Shown: positions 7,347-14,674 of the stretch, piece after piece
How positions within the stretch are numbered: position 1 is the first letter of the stretch
How the letters are laid out: the number at the start of each line of letters is the position of its first letter
From: Thermoproteota archaeon
Lineage (GTDB): Archaea; Thermoproteota; EX4484-205; JAAOZP01
Assembly (NCBI GenBank): GCA_049700215.1
Contig: JBNAVT010000036.1
Coordinates: 1-14,674 of the forward strand
Direction: 5' to 3'
Length of the DNA: 14,674 nt
Program-made: the position numbers and the translations under genes
The notes under the pieces: generated by a model
The model's input: the letters and a program-made list of their open reading frames with translations, nothing else
Told to the model about the DNA's origin: nothing
Database searches by the model: none

Positions 7347-8092
7347 CGCTTAACCATCCTCCTGAGCAGGGCCTCCGGGAAGCCTGCCTGCGCCGGGTCT
7401 AAGCCGAGTGAGAAGGCTGAAAGCTGAGCAAGGTGTAGAACAGGAATATTGCTGACAGGGCTTAGGCGAAGCATGCAGTGCGAGCATGTTGCGACAATAC
7501 AGTCGGCCCCAGCCTTCTCCGCCGAGCCAGCCTTCACCCTAGCCATCTCCCCGCCAATGTTCTCACCCGTCAGGAACCCGCCGCAACAGTCGAGCTCACG
7601 CTCATAGGGTACGGGGAGGAACCCGAGCATCTCGAGAACACTTTTAACAATCTTAGGGTCCTCAGGATTATCCAAGCCCCTGCCTGAGGGCCTTAGAAAA
7701 CGGCAGCTGTGCTGGACAGCACACCTTAAACCCGTGAAGCCGAGCCGCGGCTTAACCTCCCTCAGCCTCTCCAGCAGCAAAGCTTGGAAAGGCTTCACTT
7801 CAGGAGGCTTCACACCATTCCTGCCGGCTAAAACCCTGAAGGCATCGCTCAGGCTTGCGAAACAATCGTCGCAAGCGGTGACGACAGTACTGTTGAAAAG
7901 CCTCATGTTCCTCTCGTTAAGCCTGAGCCAAGCCTCCCTGCTAAGGGAGAAAAACCAGGAGGGGGCGCAGCAGGATGCCTCCGTCTTATCCTCGAACGAG
8001 ACACCAAGCCTGCTGAGAGTCTCCTTAACAGCCTTCTCAACCTCGGGGTGAACAGCCCTTATGACGCAGCCAGGGTAAAGGGCTAGGCTCAT
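7343..8092 (-). CDS. hdrB: Heterodisulfide reductase subunit B (two CCG domains)
   Basis: YPGC..ASCCAP..TACDDC and HSCRFLRP..DNPEDP..DCCGG..ATCSHC..IPVLHLAQL. Confidence 0.92.
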   Translation of the reverse strand: MSLALYPGCVIRAVHPEVEKAVKETLSRLGVSFEDKTEASCCAPSWFFSLSREAWLRLNERNMRLFNSTVVTACDDCFASLSDAFRVLAGRNGVKPPEVKPFQALLLERLREVKPRLGFTGLRCAVQHSCRFLRPSGRGLDNPEDPKIVKSVLEMLGFLPVPYERELDCCGGFLTGENIGGEMARVKAGSAEKAGADCIVATCSHCMLRLSPVSNIPVLHLAQLSAFSLGLDPAQAGFPEALLRRMVKR

Positions 8093-8535
8093 TTGAAACC
8101 CGCCTCCGAGAGGATCCTCCTCACCTCTCTTAAACCCTCTGCGCCCAGCCCCGCGTCAGGCAGCCCCAGGAGCCTCCTCCTCTCACGGGACTCCAGGGTG
8201 GGCGGGAAGGCTAAACCGGTTTCCTTAACCTGCTCAACCATCTTAAGGACTTCCTCGGGAGCCTTGCCCCCGTTTTCATAAAGGACTGCTCTCAAAACCA
8301 GGATTATGCTTAAAGGGTCAACACCCTGAGGGCATCTTTCAGAGCAGAGGGAGCAGGTTGAGCAGAGCCACGGGTCCTGGTCCGGAATCCTGTTGAACCT
8401 GGATAAGGAGCCGACTATCCTGCGCGGGTTGAAACCCTCCTGTATGCGGTTCACGGGGCAGGCGGAGGTGCATGAGCCGCACTGCACGCATTTAAGAGGG
8501 TTCCCAGCTTCCTTCTCCCTCAGCGTTTCAATCAA
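8089..8535 (-). CDS. hdrC: Heterodisulfide reductase subunit C
   Basis: CVQCGSCTSACP, FNPRRI, WLCSTCSLCSERCPQGV, RRRLLGLP. Stop overlaps the hdrB ATG (ATGA). Confidence 0.92.
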   Translation of the reverse strand: MIETLREKEAGNPLKCVQCGSCTSACPVNRIQEGFNPRRIVGSLSRFNRIPDQDPWLCSTCSLCSERCPQGVDPLSIILVLRAVLYENGGKAPEEVLKMVEQVKETGLAFPPTLESRERRRLLGLPDAGLGAEGLREVRRILSEAGFK

Positions 8536-8571
8536 GCCTCGGCTTACCCTTTCCTAACCCGGTTCAAACCT

Positions 8572-8587
8572 GTTTTTAAGATTTTTG
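8572..8587 (-). promoter_or_regulatory. BRE/TATA of the hdr-flx operon
   Basis: Minus strand CAAAAAT-CTTAAAAAC, about 40 nt upstream of the hdrC TTG and flanked by an 8-bp inverted repeat. Confidence 0.5.
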
Positions 8588-8655
8588 AGAAGCGTCTTGA
8601 ACCGTTTCACGGTAGGCTCGTCTTCCCGAAAAACACTGGTTGAAAACATTCCGGC

Positions 8656-9788
8656 TCAATACGGCGCGTTGAATATTGTTGCCGCAATATGCCTGACACC
8701 GCCTTCGCAGTCAACAGTGTCGCCAGCCTTGTTGAAATAGTAGACTGCGAGAACCCTTCCATCCGGGAGAAGCACTGTGCGTGGATAACCCAGGTCAGGG
8801 CTGCCCCCGTCGTCGCGCAGAACTATCTCCCTCCCCATGTCTCCCCACCGTCGCCGCTGATCCTGGCACGCACCCCGTAGGGTGGAACCCTGTAGCCGTA
8901 CGTGCAAAGAAGCCTTCCGTCTTTAAGCGTTTGGAGCGCCGCTGGAGCACCCCAATCGTTAACCCTAGATTGGAAACGCCAGGTTAACCCCCCGTCCTCG
9001 GAAACATATGTTTCAGTCCAGTGCAGCCTCCAGTCGGGCCATACTGTTCTAAGGGCAGTGATAATCCTGCCGTCCGGGAGAACAGCAGGGTGGGGACATA
9101 TCTTAGGAGGGTGAGAATCCTCCGGCGTAACATAGCTTAGGAAACACCAGCTGACAGCGCCGTCCGTGCTCGCCAAAACCATTGGCCTCCCCTCGGGAAA
9201 AATTCCGCGCGCAGCCTCGTCGAAACGCTTTCCCTGGACAAACCATAGCAAGACACCGTCTGAGCGAACAATGTACGAGGGCCGGGCTTAAATAGTTTCA
9301 AACACGGGGTTGAAGAGCAGGTGTGGACCCTCCCATGAATAACCCTTGTCACGCGTTACAAAGTATGCTGTCGGGCCAGTCTCGTTTCCAAGAGGGGTTT
9401 CAACAGCTAAAGCTGAACCAGGCTTCGAGAAGTCCACCGGCCTCGGCTTAGGTAAGGGGCTATCAGACGGAGGATAGTGAAGAACCTTCGCGCGCAGCTC
9501 AGCCTTGCTCTCCACGATCACTCTAAGGCCTTCAACAGGCCAGGTGCGGCCACCATCCTTTGAACGAAGCGTGACAAGCTGGCCGGCTCCCAGCTGAACC
9601 CTACTGTGCTCAACATCCCTGGGAGACACGTATGCGCACTTGTTACGGTTGAAGCCTACGAGTATCTCGCCCTCTCCGAAGCTTCATAGCCCCCCGTTGA
9701 AAGGCCACCCAGCATACTCGTCACCCCTATGGTAGACAGTCACGTGTTCAGCATCCTCCAGCCTAACCGGGTTCCTACGGCTAGCCAT
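8656..9788 (-). pseudogene. BNR/Asp-box (exo-alpha-sialidase-like) beta-propeller protein, disrupted
   Basis: ATG 9788 MASRRNPVRLEDAEHVTVYH..AGWPFNGGL*SFGEGEILVGF. In-frame TGA at 9684-9686, in-frame TAA at 9288-9290 and a 1-nt frameshift at the G-run 8833-8836. Five Asp-boxes: SKDGGRTW, TRDKGYSW, STDGAVSW, SEDGGLTW, SGDGGETW. Ends DLGYP..VLLPDG..LAVYY. Confidence 0.85.
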
Positions 9789-9906
9789 TCATCAGCAGCC
9801 TCAGAATAGGCGGGCGGCAGGTATTAAGCTTACGCAGTAACTAGGAGACAAAGGTTTGAGAGAGAAAACAGGTTGAAAACAGCTTTCCTCCGCGACTCAT
9901 TAGAAG

Positions 9907-11085
9907 CTAGTACTCGGCGACAAGCCACACCGTGGAACCCTTGCCCACAGCTATCCTAAGCGTGCCAAGCGGGTCCTCCAGGGTTCTCCAAGAATTCTTA
10001 ACCACTCTGAAAGCCTCTTCTACAAAATTCCCCTCCAAATGCTCCTTCACGCTAACCGCCTGCTGAACACTAACCGTCAGCGTTTTCCTAGACGGGCATG
10101 ATACTCCGAGCATCATCCTCCTAGCCCCCAGGAGATCATAGAGGGGAGGATTCCTAGTAGTCTTGTCGTCGAAAACCAGCTTGTCGAACATCCTCCCGTA
10201 GGCCCTGGCGTCGAAAATATTGAAGCCCGGCTCCCAAACCCAGATCTCATGCCTCCACTGCCTGCTGTAGTCTAAAACTGGAAACGGGGGCGCGTGAGAC
10301 ATGAAGAAGCTGAAAAGAACCTTAGGCTTCCCATCCGGGCCTGTGGTGAAAGAAGGATGACCAAGGTTGCTGTAGCCATCGTTGAAAGGCACGGGCAGGC
10401 TTGCGCTCAAGCCCCTGACGTTGGGAGCCAAGTAGGATCCGCACATAGCTATCCGCGACCTCCAGTTCTGCCTGTCGGTGAAGTACTCTACTAAGACTCC
10501 GAACCTGTCGTTAGTCCTGAAAGCGTCTATAACATCGTTAGAACCCTCCCAGTTGGAGAAAACTGTTTCTCCACCTAGCTCCAGCGAGCTCAAGTCGTCA
10601 ACACGCTTCACAAGCCTCCAGAGAATCCTGTCATCCTTCGGGTAGAATATTGCCGCATTAGGGTTCTGCTCGCTATAGTTTCCCATCAGGCTGAGGATAC
10701 CGGCTCCAGAATCCTGCATCCCGTCGAGCAGCTTCCTTGAACCAAGCTCCCTAAAGCCTTTGTCGAAAAACCTGATGTGCAACGGGCCGCCTTCAGTAGT
10801 TAAAACGATGAAACCATCCCTCCAAGGATCGTAAATCGCGTTGACAGCATCCCTCGTAGGCGGCGACGACAGTATCCTCCTGACCCTGCTTACCGTCATA
10901 TCCTTTTCAACCTCGGCGGAAAAGACTTCTCTAGAGTTAGCGTTCCTCCAGCCGGTGAAGAAGAGAAGCCAGCCTCCAGTCTCAGGGTCGTAAACCATTC
11001 TCGGAGTCCCCACGCCTCCAGCAAAATCAGGAATACTATTCTTATACTGGGAAGGAACTATCCAAGGGTAGATTCTTCCAGCCAT
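9907..11085 (-). CDS. Hypothetical protein, possible five-bladed beta-propeller glycoside hydrolase-like
   Basis: 392-aa ORF with host-like codon use and its own TATA. Blade-like segments GTPRMVYDPETGGWLLFFTG, NAIYDPWRDGFIVLT and GHPSF..GPDGKPKVLFS. Function is inferred only. Confidence 0.75.
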   Translation of the reverse strand: MAGRIYPWIVPSQYKNSIPDFAGGVGTPRMVYDPETGGWLLFFTGWRNANSREVFSAEVEKDMTVSRVRRILSSPPTRDAVNAIYDPWRDGFIVLTTEGGPLHIRFFDKGFRELGSRKLLDGMQDSGAGILSLMGNYSEQNPNAAIFYPKDDRILWRLVKRVDDLSSLELGGETVFSNWEGSNDVIDAFRTNDRFGVLVEYFTDRQNWRSRIAMCGSYLAPNVRGLSASLPVPFNDGYSNLGHPSFTTGPDGKPKVLFSFFMSHAPPFPVLDYSRQWRHEIWVWEPGFNIFDARAYGRMFDKLVFDDKTTRNPPLYDLLGARRMMLGVSCPSRKTLTVSVQQAVSVKEHLEGNFVEEAFRVVKNSWRTLEDPLGTLRIAVGKGSTVWLVAEY

Positions 11086-11110
11086 TACAATGCTTTAAGC
11101 GTTTGAACGC

Positions 11111-11120
11111 TATATAAAAG
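11111..11120 (-). promoter_or_regulatory. TATA box for the 9907-11085 gene (likely leaderless)
   Basis: Minus strand CTTTTATATA, 26 nt upstream of ATG 11085. Confidence 0.65.
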
Positions 11121-11157
11121 TAACGCGCAGCGGAGGAAAACGGGGAAAGTCTTAAGG

Positions 11158-11166
11158 TTAATATAT
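11158..11166 (+). promoter_or_regulatory. TATA box for anmK (likely leaderless)
   Basis: TTAATATAT ending about 22 nt before ATG 11188. Confidence 0.6.
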
Positions 11167-11187
11167 CTAACAAGCTCCGCCACAATC

Positions 11188-12393
11188 ATGGGGCCTGGCC
11201 CACTGGCGAGAAGGCTCGTCGACAAGATTTTTTCCGAGGAAAGGGTTGTAGCTGGGCTCATGTCTGGAACAAGCGCTGACGGTGTTGACATAGTGATCGT
11301 AAAGATAAGGGGCTTCGGAAGAGATGTTAAGTATGAGGTTCTCCACAAGGATACTGTCCCATACCCCGGCGAGTTAAAGAGATACATACTGGATTCTGTT
11401 GAACAAGGCTCCGTCAGAGACGTATGCCTCTTGAACCACCTTGTTTCTGAAGCATTCTCCGACGCGTTGAAGAACTCTCTAGGGGCATCGAGGATTTCCC
11501 TGAACGATATTGACCTAGTAGGGTCGCACGGTCAGACACTGCATCATTTTCCAGAATACGTTTCCGTAGGAGGCTTTTCAAGCAGGTGTTCCCTACAACT
11601 CGGCTCTGTTCAAGTCATAGCTGAGAGAACCGGTTTAACAACCATCGGAAACTTCAGGGCTAGAGATATTGCTGCCGGCGGACAGGGAGCCCCCATAATA
11701 GCCTACGTGGATTACTCTCTCCTCTCAGACCCCGTGAAGGGGAGGCTTGTTCAGAACATAGGAGGCATAGCCAACGTAACAGTTCTCCCGAGAAACCCTG
11801 AAACCAAGGATGTCTACGCTTTCGACACGGGACCTGGGAACAGCCTGATAGACTTTACGGTTGGAATGCTCTACCCGGAGCTGCCTCACGACCCTGGTGG
11901 CGAGATTGCTTCAAAAGGATCCTGCGACGAAGAAATTTTAAGAGGGCTTATGGCTCACGAGTATATCACTAGACCTCCTCCTAAAACAACCGGGAGAGAG
12001 GTTTTCAGCAGGTCTTTCGCAAAGAGGATTATTGAGAAGGGGCTTGGCAAAGGCTTGTCTAAGGAGGACCTGGTTGCCACCGTGACGATGTTCACGGTGA
12101 AGAGCATCGTTAAAAACTACGACCTCTTCATACTGCCTAAAACCAGGGTTGAAGAGGTTATCGTTGGGGGAGGAGGAGTCAGGAACAAGACTCTCATGAA
12201 GCATTTCGAGGAGGAATTGAGAAGGAGAGGCCTAAGAATGCTTAAACACGAGGATGTGGGGATCGACTCGAAGGTTAAGGAGGCTCTCGGAATGGCTATA
12301 CTGGCCCACGCGACTTTAAGCGGGGTTCCTAACAATATACCTGGGGCTACGGGAGCGGAGAGGAGCGTCGTCATGGGGGAGATAGCGCTATAG
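11188..12393 (+). CDS. anmK: Anhydro-N-acetylmuramic acid kinase
   Basis: GLMSGTSADGVD, GSHGQT, FRARDIAAGGQGAP, NIGGIAN, FDTGPGN, PPKTTGRE, GGGGVRN, KEA, GATGA. Confidence 0.95.
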   Translation: MGPGPLARRLVDKIFSEERVVAGLMSGTSADGVDIVIVKIRGFGRDVKYEVLHKDTVPYPGELKRYILDSVEQGSVRDVCLLNHLVSEAFSDALKNSLGASRISLNDIDLVGSHGQTLHHFPEYVSVGGFSSRCSLQLGSVQVIAERTGLTTIGNFRARDIAAGGQGAPIIAYVDYSLLSDPVKGRLVQNIGGIANVTVLPRNPETKDVYAFDTGPGNSLIDFTVGMLYPELPHDPGGEIASKGSCDEEILRGLMAHEYITRPPPKTTGREVFSRSFAKRIIEKGLGKGLSKEDLVATVTMFTVKSIVKNYDLFILPKTRVEEVIVGGGGVRNKTLMKHFEEELRRRGLRMLKHEDVGIDSKVKEALGMAILAHATLSGVPNNIPGATGAERSVVMGEIAL

Positions 12394-13470
12394 GGAGGAT
12401 ACTAGCAGGTTGTGGAAAACTGGTCTAAACCTCATTATCTTGGTGTTCCCCCTGCTTGGGTGAACCCTGTTGCTTAAGAGGACGGCGACAACCCTCTGCC
12501 CAGCATCTATGCATATCGAGGTGCCTGTGAAACCCGTGTGGCAGAAAGCATCTCCATCCGTAAACAGGTCGCCGAAAGCCTGTGAAACCGTCTTCCTGTA
12601 AACCTGCCACCCCAGCCCGTAGCAGTAATCGCCATCCGCCCAGGGCCTAAGCATCGTCGCCGCGGTAGCCTTTTTAACGAGACGGTCACTCCTGCCTAAA
12701 TATGCTTGCAGCATCTCGTTCCCTATTAACGCCACCTCCCTTGCTGTTGAAAACAATCCCGCGTGGCCCGAAAGGCCTTCCAGCGCCCTTGCATTCTCAT
12801 CGTGGACAACCCCCCTCAGGGGGAAACCGGTTCCAGGATCGATCTCCGTCGACGCAACCTGGTTTTCGGCGAAACCATGGTTCAAAGGATTGTAAACAGT
12901 CTTCCTCAAGCCCAGAGGCCTTGCGACAAGCTTCTCGAAAAGACTGTCGATCCTTTCACCAGTAATGCTTTCCACCAGCGCGGTGAGAACAATGTAGCCG
13001 ATGTCGCTGTAGATAACCCTCGACCCGGGTGGAAGGCTGACGAAGGATCTCGCAGCCTCCTCGAAGAGCCCAACCCTGCTTTTCTCCCCAAGCTTGTAAA
13101 GCGGAGCCCAAGCTGGGAGACCGGCTGAATGGGAGAGCAGCATCCATATTTCAGTCCTACTTTTAAACTCATCCTGCCCCGCGTTAGTCTCAGAATACTC
13201 AGGCAACACTTCTGAAACCCTCTGCTTCAAATGCAGGAGACCCTCTTCCAGAAGCCTTGCGACGATGATCGACGTTGCGAGAGGCTTAGTGAGGGAGGCA
13301 AGATCGTAAAGCGTCTCCACCGATGCTTCTCTCCTCTCCGGGGTCGCTTCAGCGTATCCGAAAGCCTCCTCGTAGACGAGATCATCATCCAGATAAACAG
13401 CTACTGAAGCCCCTGGGAAAACGTCTTCGACAGCATTAGCGAGAGCCATCCTCAGATTGTTAAACTTCAT
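12388..13470 (-). CDS. Serine hydrolase, beta-lactamase/class C family (AmiE/YbbE-like candidate)
   Basis: YDLASLTK (SxxK), LLSHSAGL, YSDIGY, GVVHDENA...GLSGHAGLFS, HTGFTGTS, LSNRVHP. No obvious signal peptide. Confidence 0.9.
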   Translation of the reverse strand: MKFNNLRMALANAVEDVFPGASVAVYLDDDLVYEEAFGYAEATPERREASVETLYDLASLTKPLATSIIVARLLEEGLLHLKQRVSEVLPEYSETNAGQDEFKSRTEIWMLLSHSAGLPAWAPLYKLGEKSRVGLFEEAARSFVSLPPGSRVIYSDIGYIVLTALVESITGERIDSLFEKLVARPLGLRKTVYNPLNHGFAENQVASTEIDPGTGFPLRGVVHDENARALEGLSGHAGLFSTAREVALIGNEMLQAYLGRSDRLVKKATAATMLRPWADGDYCYGLGWQVYRKTVSQAFGDLFTDGDAFCHTGFTGTSICIDAGQRVVAVLLSNRVHPSRGNTKIMRFRPVFHNLLVSSL

Positions 13471-13603
13471 TCCAAGTCTTAGATTCTATCTACTACCTCA
13501 TTTATATGTTTAAAGTTCTAGTTTCCGTATGCTTGTCTTCAAACAACAGAGCCTATTTCGCCATGCGAAAAGACTGTTAAACTCAGGTTATATGAGTTTT
13601 TTA

Positions 13604-14608
13604 TCACTGAGGATTAAAGCAGGCGACAAAATGATGGTTTCGAAGCTCTACTAAAGAAGGATTTTGCTTACTGCATTTCTCTGTTCGGAATGGGCAGCGC
13701 GGATGGAATCTACATCCTCTGGGAGGATCTATGGCACTCGCTATCTCCCCTGAGGCACTAAACATCTTCTTAGAATGATCGCCAAATCCTAGGCTTGCTG
13801 AAGCCGATAGGAGGAGTTGTGAATAGGGATGAAACTGGTGACTAATGAAATCTTCCGTAGGCGCCATCTCCATTATTTTTCCAAGGTACATAACTATTAT
13901 CCTGTCGCAAGAGTAATATGCCACTCCAAGATCATGGGTCGTAAGCAAATACGTTAAGCCGTATTGTTTTTTCAATTCCATCAAAAGATTAAGAACACCC
14001 GACCTGATGCTGAGGTCAAGCATTGAGACAGGCTCGTCCGCTATAAGAAAACGCGGCTTAACAGCAAGCGCTCTAGCTATCGAAACTCTTTGTCTCTCGC
14101 CTCCGCTCAATTCATGTGGATACTTGTATAAAACATCTTCGGAAAGACCTACATGCCTCAACAGTTCGCCGCAGTACTCCCTAATCTCATCCTTATCTTT
14201 CACGATGTTTTGGACTCGCAACGGAAACGCTATTGTTGAGAAAACTGTCAACCTAGGATTTAATGATTCATAAGGGTCTTGAAAGACCATCTGAACTATC
14301 CTCCTGTACTCCTTCAGATCTTTACCGCGGAAAGAAGAAATATCTCTTCCGTTGAACAGAACTTTCCCCCCAGTGGGAGGGGTAAGCTTCGCAATAACTT
14401 TCCCGATCGTGGTCTTACCGCTTCCACTTTCCCCTACAAGTCCCACAACCTCGCCAGAATCTATATAGAAAGACACATCATCCACTGCATGGACGTATTT
14501 CCTATGGAATAAATCGCCCGTTCTGGCGGGGAAATATACTTTTAGGTTTTCGATTTCAAACAGATGGGAGCTCTCGCTGAAAGTATTGGTATTCAGCGCT
14601 TCCATCAT
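13604..14608 (-). CDS. oppF: Oligopeptide/dipeptide-family ABC transporter ATP-binding subunit
   Basis: GESGSGKT Walker A, QMVFQDP, LSGGERQR, ADEP, THD and the C-terminal PPRGCRFHPRCP..C..HFVAC. Start set at ATG 14608 (or 14605), overlapping the upstream TGA. Confidence 0.93.
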   Translation of the reverse strand: MMEALNTNTFSESSHLFEIENLKVYFPARTGDLFHRKYVHAVDDVSFYIDSGEVVGLVGESGSGKTTIGKVIAKLTPPTGGKVLFNGRDISSFRGKDLKEYRRIVQMVFQDPYESLNPRLTVFSTIAFPLRVQNIVKDKDEIREYCGELLRHVGLSEDVLYKYPHELSGGERQRVSIARALAVKPRFLIADEPVSMLDLSIRSGVLNLLMELKKQYGLTYLLTTHDLGVAYYSCDRIIVMYLGKIMEMAPTEDFISHQFHPYSQLLLSASASLGFGDHSKKMFSASGEIASAIDPPRGCRFHPRCPFRTEKCSKQNPSLVELRNHHFVACFNPQ

Positions 14609-14674
14609 GAAACCACGTTGTGACAAGCAACATAGTGGCCAAGCTCTATTTCGATTAACTCCGGCTTCTCGTAG
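14605..14674 (-). CDS. oppD: C-terminal end of the upstream ABC ATP-binding subunit (partial)
   Basis: Hand translation YEKPELIEIELGHYVACHNVVS*, a typical OppD/DppD oligo-HPY tail. Stop 14605-14607 is coupled to the oppF ATG. Confidence 0.8.
   Translation of the reverse strand, partial: YEKPELIEIELGHYVACHNVVS

Noticed and set aside
793-8535. Selenocysteine in HdrA/MvhD
   Set aside because: No in-frame TGA in any of these genes; the relevant positions are Cys codons or other residues.
9684-9686. Selenocysteine or TGA recoding in the BNR gene
   Set aside because: The context suggests Trp (TGG to TGA). The same gene also has an in-frame TAA and a frameshift, and TGA is a normal stop in neighbouring genes.
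9884-11139. 10-bp inverted repeat TTTCCTCCGC / GCGGAGGAAA flanking the 392-aa gene as transposon ends
   Set aside because: Short, no transposase, no target-site duplication seen, and host-like composition; plausibly chance.
12388-13470. Antibiotic-resistance beta-lactamase
   Set aside because: YSD replaces YxN, there is no signal peptide, and the HDENA/GHAGLF subfamily motifs and anmK context favour an esterase/amidase.
992-14512. Numerous 60-120 aa ORFs antisense to or nested in the main genes
   Set aside because: Shadow ORFs with Ser/Leu/Pro-rich antisense composition and no motifs.
14609-14626. TTG start at 14626 for oppF
   Set aside because: It lies inside the upstream oppD tail; the ATGATG overlapping the oppD stop is the better start.
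1-14674. CRISPR arrays, tRNA, rRNA or IS elements
   Set aside because: No regularly spaced repeats, cloverleaf/T-loop motifs, rRNA-like tracts or transposase ORFs were seen.

Overview
Archaeal DNA, judged from TATA/BRE promoters, apparently leaderless genes, frequent TTG starts and AGG/AGA Arg codons; a Thermoproteota-like origin is an inference. From left to right the window holds: (1) a partial conserved PD-(D/E)XK-like gene missed by the ORF track (<1-480, minus); (2) a divergently transcribed, promoter- and terminator-bounded structured ncRNA candidate of about 170 nt that I cannot assign to a known family (605-775, plus); (3) a complete minus-strand hdrCBA-flxDCBA (Hdr-Flx, NAD(P)H-linked electron-bifurcation) operon, whose HdrA is interrupted by an AT-rich 532-aa LAGLIDADG intein inserted inside the conserved D-C-S-x-C motif, giving a Cys(-3)/Cys1 redox-trap geometry; (4) a pseudogenised BNR/sialidase-like gene; (5) an unknown beta-propeller-like protein; (6) anmK, a beta-lactamase-family serine hydrolase and oppD/oppF. 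Together the last group suggests scavenging of bacterial peptidoglycan. The strongest leads are the HdrA intein, the orphan ncRNA and the murein-scavenging module.
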